Source: Thermofilum adornatum (lineage in GTDB: Archaea > Thermoproteota > Thermoprotei > Thermofilales > Thermofilaceae). From it: a stretch of 32,000 nucleotides of DNA. The position numbers and the translations under genes are program-made. Of this stretch, positions 6,516 to 14,689 are shown piece by piece; position 1 is the first letter of the stretch; the number at the start of each line of letters is the position of its first letter. The DNA is taken from assembly GCF_000446015.1 (NCBI RefSeq), contig NC_022093.1, positions 1,710,001 to 1,742,000 on the forward strand, given 5' to 3'. The notes under the pieces are model-generated. The model worked only from the letters and a program-made list of their open reading frames with translations. It did no database searches and was not told the DNA's origin.

Positions 6516-9022
6516 CAATAATAAGTTTAAAGGCAAACAATTTCCGTAGACTGAACTTCAAGGATCCCCTCTACTTCCCAAAAGGCCTAACCATAATTAG
6601 GGGCAGAAACGAGGCCGGAAAATCAACAATACTTGAGGCTATCCTCTTTGGGATCTACGGCGACTTCAACATCCTTAGGGAGATCCGCGGAGACCGCCAA
6701 GCCAAGCTACTCGACGTGGTAAACCATGCCTCGAACCGTGCAAAAGTAGAAGTAACATTCGAGGTCGAGGGTAGAAAGTTTAGGGTTGAGAGGATTATAG
6801 AGAAAGTGGGAGAAAACGCTAGGCAAGTTGACGCAAAACTCTTCGACGTAACAAGCGGCAACGAAAGGCTATTGGCGTCGGGAACGCAGAAAGTCAACGA
6901 AGAGATAGTCAAGCTCATCCGTGTAGATTGGAGGGAAATGATTGCCTCCAACGTTATAGCCCAGAAGGACCTCGAGAGGCTTATACGTCTAGGGAAAACC
7001 GACAGAGAAAAAATCATAAACATGTTCATGGGGCTTGAAAGCTACAACAAGGCGATCGAGACACTTCAAGAAGAAAAAAGAACAAAAAAAGCTGAACTCG
7101 AGAAAAAAGAGACAGAAAAGAAGGCTCTAGAAGATTATTTAAGGACACTGATGAGCCTAGAAGAGGAACTGAAAAAGCATAGGGAAGAGCTCCAAGCTAT
7201 TGAGCAGATTTTACCCAGCCTTGAAGAAGAAGAGAAGAGGCTAAGCGAGACGGTAAAATATCTCGAAGACCTATACAAAAAGCTTCGTGAAAGGAAAAGT
7301 CTGCTCGAGAAGAAAAAATACCTAGAAGAGAACCTGAAAAGAAATGAAGAAGAACTCTCGGAGACAAGGAAGAAAATTGAATTAGCAAAGCAGGGGCTTG
7401 CAGAAGCAGAAGAAAAGCTTAAGCAGCTCCAGCAAGAAAAAGAAGTGCTCGAAAAAGAACTTACCCAGACAGAAAAAGAGTATGAAAATGGGCAGAGCCT
7501 ACTAGCCAAGATAAGCGAATTGTGGAATACTCTTGAAGAGTCGAAAAGGGAACTAGAGAACCTTGAAGATGAGATCTCGATTATTTCCGAGAAGCTTAAA
7601 ACGATCGAAAAAGTAAACACAGAAATAGTTCAAATAAGCGAAGAGCTGAAGAACACCGAGGAAAAAATACGAAAAGTAAGGATACCACCCTTATACATTT
7701 ATGCCTCAATCGGGATAGCTCTTCTGGGACTCTTCTTATCTATATTCAGTTTGCCAGCCGGCCTGGCCATACTTTTTTCAAGCTTGGTACCTCTATTCGT
7801 TGGCCAACAAAACAAGCAAAAGGCTTTACTATACCTGCAGGACAAAAAATCAAAGCTTCTGAGCCAGAGAAGCGCCATGGAAGGTGAACTCAGGCTTTTA
7901 GAAAGAGAAAGAGAAGAATACGAGAAACTACTAAAGAGAAAGGCTGAATTAGAGGAAAAGCAGAAACAGATCCTCGGCCAGCTCAAAAGCGTGGCTAAAC
8001 TTGAAGACGCAGTGGGCCTCGAACAATATGTTGCTAGGCTACAGGAAGAGGTAGAAAAGCTCCAGGAAAAAACCGAAGAAGTGAGAAAACACTATCAACA
8101 AATATTGTCTGAGACATCAAAAACAGACCAAAACATACATAATCTCAAGAAAACTCTAGAAGACCTTTCTATAAACGAAAACGCTAGGAACAAAGACATA
8201 GCAAACATACGCGAACAACTCAAAGCAGTCGAAGAACAATATGCATCTATTCACGTCCCGCAACCACCATTCGAGATAGAGGGTCTCTTGATGCCCGTAA
8301 GCGAGAACGATGTCGAAGACGTGGAAGCACTCTTGCATGTCTACCATCGAGAATACGAATCTAAGACACGTGAAGTTGCAAGCAAAAAAGCCGAGAAAAA
8401 CAGGCTTGAACAATATATTAGACAAGCAGAGGAACAGCTGAAAGAGCTTCCAAAAATAAAGGAAGACCTAGACAGGCTCGAAAAAGATGTCAAAAACCTT
8501 AAGATAGAGGTCGAGGCCCGTGAAAAAGCCATACAAGTTTTGAGGGACATATCCTCGAAGAGGAGGAGCATGTTTGCGCCAAGCGTAGAGCAAAACATGA
8601 ACTGGATCGTTTCATACGTGACTGGAGGAAGATACAAGGCAGTAAAGATAAACCCAGACAACTACGACATAGAGGTCTACGACGCGGAGGCAGGCAGGTG
8701 GATGCGCCGCGACATATACAGCGGCGGCACCAATGACCAGATGCTTCTCGCAATGAGAATCGCATTTACGCTGGCTCTTCTACCCTCAGCGAAGGGAACC
8801 TACCCCCGGTTCTTGTTCCTAGACGAGCCGCTCGGCTCCTCTGACCAGGAGAGACGCCAACAAATAGTTAAACTCCTCGCCAACGAGCTGACCCGTGTAT
8901 TCGACCAAGTCTTCCTAATTACACACGTCGAGATAGAGGAGCCTCCAAACTCCACTTTGATCGAGCTTGTAGACGGCAAAGTGGCAGAAACAAGAAGGAT
9001 AACCTCACAAGAAGAAGGCTAG
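6509..9022 (+). CDS. rad50: Rad50-like SMC-type ATPase with an atypical apex (no zinc hook)
   Basis: N-terminal Walker A GRNEAGKST. C-terminal signature-like YSGGTNDQ, Walker B FLFLDEPLGSSD and H-loop ITHV. Two long K/E/L heptad-rich arms. No Cys anywhere; a hydrophobic segment occupies aa 395-432 at the midpoint. Confidence 0.88.
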   Translation: MVTIISLKANNFRRLNFKDPLYFPKGLTIIRGRNEAGKSTILEAILFGIYGDFNILREIRGDRQAKLLDVVNHASNRAKVEVTFEVEGRKFRVERIIEKVGENARQVDAKLFDVTSGNERLLASGTQKVNEEIVKLIRVDWREMIASNVIAQKDLERLIRLGKTDREKIINMFMGLESYNKAIETLQEEKRTKKAELEKKETEKKALEDYLRTLMSLEEELKKHREELQAIEQILPSLEEEEKRLSETVKYLEDLYKKLRERKSLLEKKKYLEENLKRNEEELSETRKKIELAKQGLAEAEEKLKQLQQEKEVLEKELTQTEKEYENGQSLLAKISELWNTLEESKRELENLEDEISIISEKLKTIEKVNTEIVQISEELKNTEEKIRKVRIPPLYIYASIGIALLGLFLSIFSLPAGLAILFSSLVPLFVGQQNKQKALLYLQDKKSKLLSQRSAMEGELRLLEREREEYEKLLKRKAELEEKQKQILGQLKSVAKLEDAVGLEQYVARLQEEVEKLQEKTEEVRKHYQQILSETSKTDQNIHNLKKTLEDLSINENARNKDIANIREQLKAVEEQYASIHVPQPPFEIEGLLMPVSENDVEDVEALLHVYHREYESKTREVASKKAEKNRLEQYIRQAEEQLKELPKIKEDLDRLEKDVKNLKIEVEAREKAIQVLRDISSKRRSMFAPSVEQNMNWIVSYVTGGRYKAVKINPDNYDIEVYDAEAGRWMRRDIYSGGTNDQMLLAMRIAFTLALLPSAKGTYPRFLFLDEPLGSSDQERRQQIVKLLANELTRVFDQVFLITHVEIEEPPNSTLIELVDGKVAETRRITSQEEG

Positions 9023-9028
9023 CCCTTT

Positions 9029-9400
9029 CTAGGCTGTCTCTAGTTTTTTCTTTATGTCTCTTAGTGTGTATAGTAGTACTCCTAGACGTGTGTCTTTGTT
9101 GAATAGGACTGCTAGGTATCCTATTTGGCCTAGCTTGGTGTATATTATTCCCGAGCCGTCTGGGGCGTTGACCGTGATCCATTCTGCCTCACCCTTTCCC
9201 AGCTCCGTGCTAGCCCTGTTGCCCACCTCGCTCAACACAGCTGTCAGCGCTACAACCTTCTCCTCCAGCTCCTTGTCAGCCAGACTACTAAACAAAGGCA
9301 AACCATCACTACTCGAAACAACAAAACCCTCAACACCACCAACCCTAGCCACGCCTTCAACAACACGCCTAACCTCCTCAACACTCACATAAACCACCAT
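9029..9400 (-). CDS. Roadblock/LC7 (MglB-like) domain protein
   Basis: 123 aa with the Roadblock pattern GVEGFVVSSSDGLPLFS..., then a helix, then ITVNAPDGSGIIYTKLGQIGYLAVLFNKDTRLGVLL. The start overlaps the upstream gene's end by 16 nt. Confidence 0.75.
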   Translation of the reverse strand: MVVYVSVEEVRRVVEGVARVGGVEGFVVSSSDGLPLFSSLADKELEEKVVALTAVLSEVGNRASTELGKGEAEWITVNAPDGSGIIYTKLGQIGYLAVLFNKDTRLGVLLYTLRDIKKKLETA

Positions 9401-9939
9401 ACTTTTAGCTCCTTGGCCAATTCGTTTAAGAATGTCCTGGTGTATATGTCGACTAGCCTGTTATAGACCTCTTCACTGATCCCTGTGGCTTTCTTGAAAA
9501 CTCTCTGCCTTATTATTTCGTAGCTGAGAATCATGACGGCGAGATTCCACCCAAAGACCTTTGCAAGCATAACTATATGGCTCGGTTCACCGTCGCTTGT
9601 CTTCAGAGTCTCAGATAGAAAAACAGAGACCAAGGGAGATAGAGAGTGCAAGGGGAAACCTCCCCTAACAAGCAATAGGCCAATCCTAGCGACATCTAGG
9701 CAGTGACGCTCGCCGTAATCACTCTGGAAAATAGTTGTGAACCAATATTCAAAAAGCCTCTTGGATCTTGTCTCGTCTAGCCCGGCCTTTTTCAAGGCTT
9801 CTGACAAATCATTGTTTTTTGATATCGAGTCTAGTGCTGTCCTCACTATTTCTTCTTTCCTTGCAGAAATTGCTTTGTATATTTCCTTTAAGTTTTTCTT
9901 AACGTCTTCTGTTATACCCAAGAGAAGAGAACTCTTCAC
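9385..9939 (-). CDS. sensor-globin-fold (globin-coupled-sensor/protoglobin-like) single-domain protein, apparently haem-less
   Basis: LLLGITEDVKKNLKEI..., then FQSDYGERHCLDVARIGLLLVRGGFPLHSL, resembles the GCS pattern LGLTeeD....F.G.yDe.y...R.rIG..H.riGlP..wy. The His position reads Leu in my by-eye alignment. GTG start. Confidence 0.5.
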   Translation of the reverse strand: MKSSLLLGITEDVKKNLKEIYKAISARKEEIVRTALDSISKNNDLSEALKKAGLDETRSKRLFEYWFTTIFQSDYGERHCLDVARIGLLLVRGGFPLHSLSPLVSVFLSETLKTSDGEPSHIVMLAKVFGWNLAVMILSYEIIRQRVFKKATGISEEVYNRLVDIYTRTFLNELAKELKVWWFM

Positions 9940-10135
9940 AGCCAGAAACTAGAATGGTTCTTAGAGATTCCTCATGCGCCACAACATCCAACCGTAATGA
10001 TTGAATATAACTCTAGAGGTAAACTATGTTTTACTATTAACTAATCCAGCTACTTCACAAACTTTCCTACGATTTGAAACAGTGCTTGGAAAGGGGAAGC
10101 TAACCTATTAGCTATTTAGCCTGTCAAGGCCACGT

Positions 10136-10717
10136 CTAAGCCAGTTCTTTGTCTATATTCCTGTAAATTTTCTCAGCTGTAAGCTTCAATAGACGATCAT
10201 AACTTCCACTAGTGATACCTAGGCTGTTCGCGAAAACCTCTTCATCTATCGTAAAGTAACTCTCCATCATGTTTGACAGCAACCATCCACATGCTTGTAT
10301 GATTGCCTTTACCTGATTGGAATTTGAATGGCTATGCCTTACAATTTCTTGAGAAAGAATGAACATAAGCATGATAAGCATCCTAGGCGGGATGCCTATC
10401 TTTATTAGATCAAAAGTCAACCTGGCGATTCTAACTGTATGTTCTTCGCTGAAGTCTCCTTTAAACATCTCATCTAATATGTTTTCCAAAATACCTCTAA
10501 CGTATCCAGGTTCAAGCCCCCTCTCGCGAAATATTCGGGCTAACTCAGAGTTCTGCAGAAGGGAATACATACAGGCATGAACAATTTCATCCTTACTTAA
10601 ATTGACCATATGAGACATATCGTGGAGAGTTGTCTTAGTCTGATTATTTATCCCGAGTAGAAGACTCGAGTATAACCCATTTTTTAGTATTTTCTCTCGC
10701 AAACTCATGAATCTCAC
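10136..10717 (-). CDS. sensor-globin-fold protein, paralogue of 9385..9939
   Basis: It shares blocks with its neighbour: SLLLGI, F(K/Q)(G/S)D(F/Y)xEEH..(V)RIARL....I(K)IGIPP, CGW..SNMMESY, and LGITSGSYDRLLKL versus TGISEEVYNRLVDI. No His at the position I align with the proximal His. Confidence 0.5.
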   Translation of the reverse strand: MRFMSLREKILKNGLYSSLLLGINNQTKTTLHDMSHMVNLSKDEIVHACMYSLLQNSELARIFRERGLEPGYVRGILENILDEMFKGDFSEEHTVRIARLTFDLIKIGIPPRMLIMLMFILSQEIVRHSHSNSNQVKAIIQACGWLLSNMMESYFTIDEEVFANSLGITSGSYDRLLKLTAEKIYRNIDKELA

Positions 10718-10804
10718 TATAAATTATTTTTACAATCATATAAACTTTTTAGATATTAAACCTTTAGAAAAAATCCATTTTCTTGTGCAAATTTGCCTAT
10801 ATCC

Positions 10805-10834
10805 AAAAAAATAAGAACTACCAAGTAGGTTCTT
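10805..10834 (-). terminator. weak hairpin plus T7 tract downstream of the AbrB-like gene
   Basis: The minus strand reads AAGAAC-CTACTTGGTA-GTTCTT-A-TTTTTTT. This is a 6-bp stem with a 10-nt loop followed by T7, about 80 nt after the stop at 10915. Confidence 0.45.
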
Positions 10835-10914
10835 TAGTACCTATACCTTGAAACAATACGAATGTGTTGCCAGCGTGATATTCCACGTTAAAATAGCTCA
10901 TATAGCAAATGTTT

Positions 10915-11169
10915 CTATAACCAAGCATTTTCAGTGCGTCTTTCCAGCCATTTCTCTTCATTCTCATCTAGCTCCCTCTCAAACATGTCAACATCAAACT
11001 TTGGGCCCTCACCCCTCGCCCTAAGCTCAGCCCATAAGTCTCTCGCCCTCAAAACAAGTTCATCACCTTTAACCTCTAGCTCGAGAACCATGCCCTCCTT
11101 GAGCCCAAGTCTCTCTCTAACAGCCTTGGGGACAACTATGACGCCCCTCTTGCCCATCCTAACCTTCAT
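10915..11169 (-). CDS. AbrB/SpoVT (looped-hinge helix) DNA-binding protein, VapB-antitoxin-like
   Basis: MKVRMGKRGVIVVPKAVRERLGLKEGMVLELEVKGDELVLR is the SpoVT/AbrB motif. I trimmed the 126-aa track ORF to the internal ATG (cat at 11167-11169). The upstream extension is low-complexity and runs into the promoter. No PIN partner is adjacent. Confidence 0.75.
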   Translation of the reverse strand: MKVRMGKRGVIVVPKAVRERLGLKEGMVLELEVKGDELVLRARDLWAELRARGEGPKFDVDMFERELDENEEKWLERRTENAWL

Positions 11170-11275
11170 ACTATTTGATTCTATTTTCTTCTGAGGAAAT
11201 AAAAAGCTTCTGCAAAAACATCGATGGTTATAGTAAAGGAAACGAGCATTTACGAAAATGGCAGCCCGACTCTTT

Positions 11276-12094
11276 TTATAGTAGTTGTTCTGCAATCATT
11301 ATTATCCCTAGGGCTATGAATACTATTCCTATTATCTTTGAGAGGGAGGCTTCGGGAACCTTGTTTGCATATACTGCGCCTATCCTCCCACCCACAATAC
11401 TTCCTGCACCTACCAAGATGAAGGCTAATGGCGACACATATCCGTTGAGGGCATAGCCAATAGCTCCTGATAGAGCAGTCAGAGTCATCATCAATGTGGA
11501 GGTTCCGACTGCCTTGTGTAGCGGATACTTAAGGAGAACTATGAGCGTTAGAAGAAACATTATACCGCCTCCTGCGCCGAAGATGCCGCTGATTATCCCT
11601 AAGAGGAAACCCAAAACAAGTGAGACCGCGACCTGTATAGGCCCGACCTTTATGCTATTATTTTGGCCCGAAACATTCTTGGTGTCCATGCTTTGAGGGG
11701 AGTGCTGGGAGCTTAGTAGCCCGATTAGTCCTTTTCCGCTTAGTCTTCCTGCACCAATGATGACTAAAAAGATGCCAAAGCCCCTGCCTAAATTTGCGCT
11801 TGGTATGTATTTAGCAATCCTGCTTCCCACCTGTGCCCCAACCACTGCGCCAAGTGCAAGCCCCAGGCCTGATCTTAGCTCTACATTTCCCATCCTATAG
11901 TAAACAATTGACACGATTATAGAGGCTATCACGTCTACTGCGAGGCTCGTCCCAATAGCTGTGTGAATTGGAAGACCAAACAAGAGCGTTAGCGCTGGAA
12001 CGACGATTAGGACGCCGCTTGATCCTATCAGCCCTGTAACGCCTCCCGAGCAAAGCCCCAAAGCTATAAGACCTAGAAGTGACAGCGAGTCCAT
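11276..12094 (-). CDS. TauE/SafE-family anion (sulfite/organosulfonate) exporter-like membrane protein
   Basis: 272 aa and highly hydrophobic, with two internally repeated Gly-rich halves (GxxGGxxGxGGG.. twice) typical of TauE/SafE (DUF81) permeases. Confidence 0.7.
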   Translation of the reverse strand: MDSLSLLGLIALGLCSGGVTGLIGSSGVLIVVPALTLLFGLPIHTAIGTSLAVDVIASIIVSIVYYRMGNVELRSGLGLALGAVVGAQVGSRIAKYIPSANLGRGFGIFLVIIGAGRLSGKGLIGLLSSQHSPQSMDTKNVSGQNNSIKVGPIQVAVSLVLGFLLGIISGIFGAGGGIMFLLTLIVLLKYPLHKAVGTSTLMMTLTALSGAIGYALNGYVSPLAFILVGAGSIVGGRIGAVYANKVPEASLSKIIGIVFIALGIIMIAEQLL

Positions 12095-12164
12095 CTGTCT
12101 CGCCAGACTTACCTATAACAAAACGCATAAATGACTTGCTATTATAAAGTTAGGAAGATTAAGG

Positions 12165-12170
12165 AAAAAA
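12165..12170 (-). terminator. T6 tract directly after the livF-like stop
   Basis: The minus strand reads TAA-TTTTTT immediately after the last gene of ABC operon 1. Confidence 0.45.
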
Positions 12171-12884
12171 TTATTTTCCAAAGAAGAGCTTCTCTATCTC
12201 TATGTGCCTAAATTCTTCGGCTGAGCCTTCTCTGAGTATTCTCCCGCCCACAAGGACAGAGGCTTTGTCTGCTACCTCGAGGGCTCTCGCAACGTTTTGC
12301 TCCACGACTAGAACGGCTATGTTCATTGTTTCCTTTATTTCTCTGACCTTTCGCATAAGAGTTATCCCGGCTTTTGGCGAAAGACCGGCTGTAGGCTCGT
12401 CTAGTAGTAAGACCTTGGGGTTCGTCATGAGTGCGCGGGCCACTGCAAGCATCTGCCTCTCTCCGCCGCTCAGTGTCTTTGCTTTTTGGTGTCTTCTCCT
12501 CTTTATCTCGGGGAAGAGCTCGAAGATGTTCTCGATGTCTTCCTTGATTTTTGGGTCTCTGCCCCTTATAAAGGCGCCGACGTAGAGGTTTTCCTCTACG
12601 GTGAGGTTTGGGAAAACGTTGTCTAGCTGTGGAGAGTAGCTTACCCCTAGCTTGACTATTTCTGATGGCTTTTTGCCAGTTATCTTTGTGCCGTCGAGAT
12701 AGATATCTCCACTATGTATGGTCGCTATCCCAAAAACCGAGTTTAGGAGCGTGGTTTTCCCTGCACCGTTTGGGCCAAGGATAGCCAGTATTTCTCCCTT
12801 TGAAAGCTCGAGGCTTACCCCCTGGATAACCCTCATTTTGCCGTATCCAGAGTATAGTTCGCTTATTTTAAGCATTGGCATCAC
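12171..12884 (-). CDS. livF: LIV-type (HAAT family) ABC transporter ATP-binding protein, LivF-like
   Basis: Walker A GPNGAGKTT, signature LSGGERQML, Walker B LLLDEPTAGLSP. 17-nt overlap with the upstream ATPase gene. Confidence 0.9.
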   Translation of the reverse strand: MMPMLKISELYSGYGKMRVIQGVSLELSKGEILAILGPNGAGKTTLLNSVFGIATIHSGDIYLDGTKITGKKPSEIVKLGVSYSPQLDNVFPNLTVEENLYVGAFIRGRDPKIKEDIENIFELFPEIKRRRHQKAKTLSGGERQMLAVARALMTNPKVLLLDEPTAGLSPKAGITLMRKVREIKETMNIAVLVVEQNVARALEVADKASVLVGGRILREGSAEEFRHIEIEKLFFGK

Positions 12885-13653
12885 CTAAATACGCCTCGAT
12901 AACCCTCTTATCTGACACAACTTCGTCCGGCTTCCCCTCTGCCAATAGCTGGCCGTTGTGGAGGACATAGACGTAGTCCACGTACTGCATCATCACCTCT
13001 ATTCTATGCTCCACTATTAGGAATGTGTAGCCGTTAGCATTAAGCTCCCTCACAAGCCTAAACAGGTTGTGTGCCGCTGTGGCCTCTACGCCGGCTGCCG
13101 GCTCGTCTAGCAAGAATACTCTTGCAGGCGTCATAAGGCCCCTAATGGTTTCTATGAGCTTCATGTGTGCCCCGCTCAGCTCTGAAACCCTTACGTTTGC
13201 ATATTCTAGGAGGCCAAACCTATTTAGTAGTTCGATGGCCTTTTTTGCAAGCGCTTTCTCTTCTTCCTGCCAAGTCTCAGGGTTGATAGCTTTCAATGGA
13301 TGCTCGCCTTTCTGGCCGAAGGGGGTCAACAGGAGGTTTTCGAGGACTGTTAGGGACTTGAACAAGCGTGGTATCTGGAAGGTCCTCACTATGCCCTTTG
13401 CAAACACCTCGTTGGGGTTTAGGCCGTCTATCCTCTCGCTGTTGCCTCCATTGTGGTACCAGACCTCCCCCTTGTCAGGCACATAGAAGCCAGAGACCAC
13501 GTTGAAGAGTGTCGTCTTTCCACTGCCGTTGGGGCCTATAAGGCCGACAACGCCTCTCTCTGGCACGCTTATACTTACATCTTGCAAAGCTACGATCCCT
13601 CCAAAAGTCTTAGTTACATTGTCTACCTCTAGGATGTTAGCCACTTTTCTCAC
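12868..13653 (-). CDS. livG: LIV-type ABC transporter ATP-binding protein, LivG-like
   Basis: The TKTFGGIVAL motif, Walker A GPNGSGKTT, Walker B FLLDEPAAGV and C-terminal VIEAYLG are typical of LivG. Confidence 0.9.
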   Translation of the reverse strand: MRKVANILEVDNVTKTFGGIVALQDVSISVPERGVVGLIGPNGSGKTTLFNVVSGFYVPDKGEVWYHNGGNSERIDGLNPNEVFAKGIVRTFQIPRLFKSLTVLENLLLTPFGQKGEHPLKAINPETWQEEEKALAKKAIELLNRFGLLEYANVRVSELSGAHMKLIETIRGLMTPARVFLLDEPAAGVEATAAHNLFRLVRELNANGYTFLIVEHRIEVMMQYVDYVYVLHNGQLLAEGKPDEVVSDKRVIEAYLGDANA

Positions 13654-14683
13654 CCTTTACCTCTTCTTCATATACCTTCCATGCAGGTGTCTCTATCTTT
13701 CCCTCCTTCAGGATTCCCTGAGGACGGAAAAGGAGGACAACAACGATCAAGAAGCCTACCAGGAATCCTCTGATATAGTCGGGTGAGATAATTGTTATGC
13801 CGAGCTGTGGCGTCACAAAGGCGAGGAGCCTGTCAAAGAGAGTAAAGATAGCGGCACCTAGAAGCGAACCTTCAAGGTTGCCCATACCTCCAAGAATTAT
13901 CATTGCCCAAACATTGAATGTAACTGCAGGAACAAATATGTCTGGATTAATTGAGCTATAGTAAAAGGCTAAGAGTACACCGGCCATACCAGCGAAACCC
14001 GACCCAATAAAGAGAACCATTGCCTTAAGCCTTGGTACGTGTTTGCCTAGGCACAGTGCAGCTATCTCGTCATCTCTTACTGCCCTTAGTGTTCGCCCGA
14101 GTGGCGAATTGTAGAGACGGCGAAATACAAAGTAAGTAAGTGCTAGAAGAGCCAATACGATAAATAGGTAGAGCAATGCCCTCAGCGTTGGATTAGGTAC
14201 CCAGGCAAATGGGTGCGGAATAGACATTATGCCCTTGCTTCCTCCTAGTGGCTCATAGTGTTGGACAAAGATCCTGAAAAGCTCGCCTGTACTAAGTAAT
14301 GTGAAGCCTACAAATGCCGGTCCAACCCTTATAATTGGATAGCTAAGGAGATACCCTACTATGCCGGCTACCAGAAAAGCTAAAACCAATGATGCTACCA
14401 GTAGTCCTATATCGAGAATAGGATTCTTCGTAGCTAGTTCGCCTAGAAGCACAATTCCCTCGATATCAAAGGGTGAAACTTTAGATGTATCTACACCGCT
14501 AAGCAAAAGGAAAAGGTAAACCGTCAAAGCTGCACCGATATAGGCTCCGAGGCCATAGAAAAACACCTTTCCAAAGTTTGTCACACCGCTAGTGCCAGAC
14601 TCGAAGTTCAGGCTTACAGCGAGTATACCATATATCCCTAAGAACGTAAGCCAGCTTATCAGGAAACCAACCACATCTATCAT
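13637..14683 (-). CDS. livM: LIV-type ABC transporter permease, LivM-like
   Basis: A polytopic membrane protein of 348 aa. It holds the LivM position in the operon and has the TNFGKVFFYGLGAY-type N-terminal block. Confidence 0.85.
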   Translation of the reverse strand: MIDVVGFLISWLTFLGIYGILAVSLNFESGTSGVTNFGKVFFYGLGAYIGAALTVYLFLLLSGVDTSKVSPFDIEGIVLLGELATKNPILDIGLLVASLVLAFLVAGIVGYLLSYPIIRVGPAFVGFTLLSTGELFRIFVQHYEPLGGSKGIMSIPHPFAWVPNPTLRALLYLFIVLALLALTYFVFRRLYNSPLGRTLRAVRDDEIAALCLGKHVPRLKAMVLFIGSGFAGMAGVLLAFYYSSINPDIFVPAVTFNVWAMIILGGMGNLEGSLLGAAIFTLFDRLLAFVTPQLGITIISPDYIRGFLVGFLIVVVLLFRPQGILKEGKIETPAWKVYEEEVKGEKSG

Positions 14684-14689
14684 CTGGCT

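Noticed and set aside
7000-8520. Purine-rich GAA/AAG repetitiveness that might be mistaken for a DNA repeat array
   Set aside because: It is the codon-level reflection of the K/E-rich heptad coiled coil of Rad50. There is no fixed repeat unit, no spacer structure, and nothing CRISPR-like.
9996-10004. AATGATTGA in the 196-bp spacer upstream of the first globin-like gene, reminiscent of a C box (RUGAUGA)
   Set aside because: It is not an exact C box. I could not find a matching D box (CUGA) with terminal complementarity at sRNA-appropriate spacing on either strand.
9940-10914. Equal-length (196 and 197 bp) spacers upstream of the two globin-like paralogues, as evidence of a recent tandem duplication including promoters
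   Set aside because: Read side by side, the two spacers show no extended similarity beyond a short GGTTCTT(T)AG string. The proteins themselves are quite diverged, so any duplication is old.
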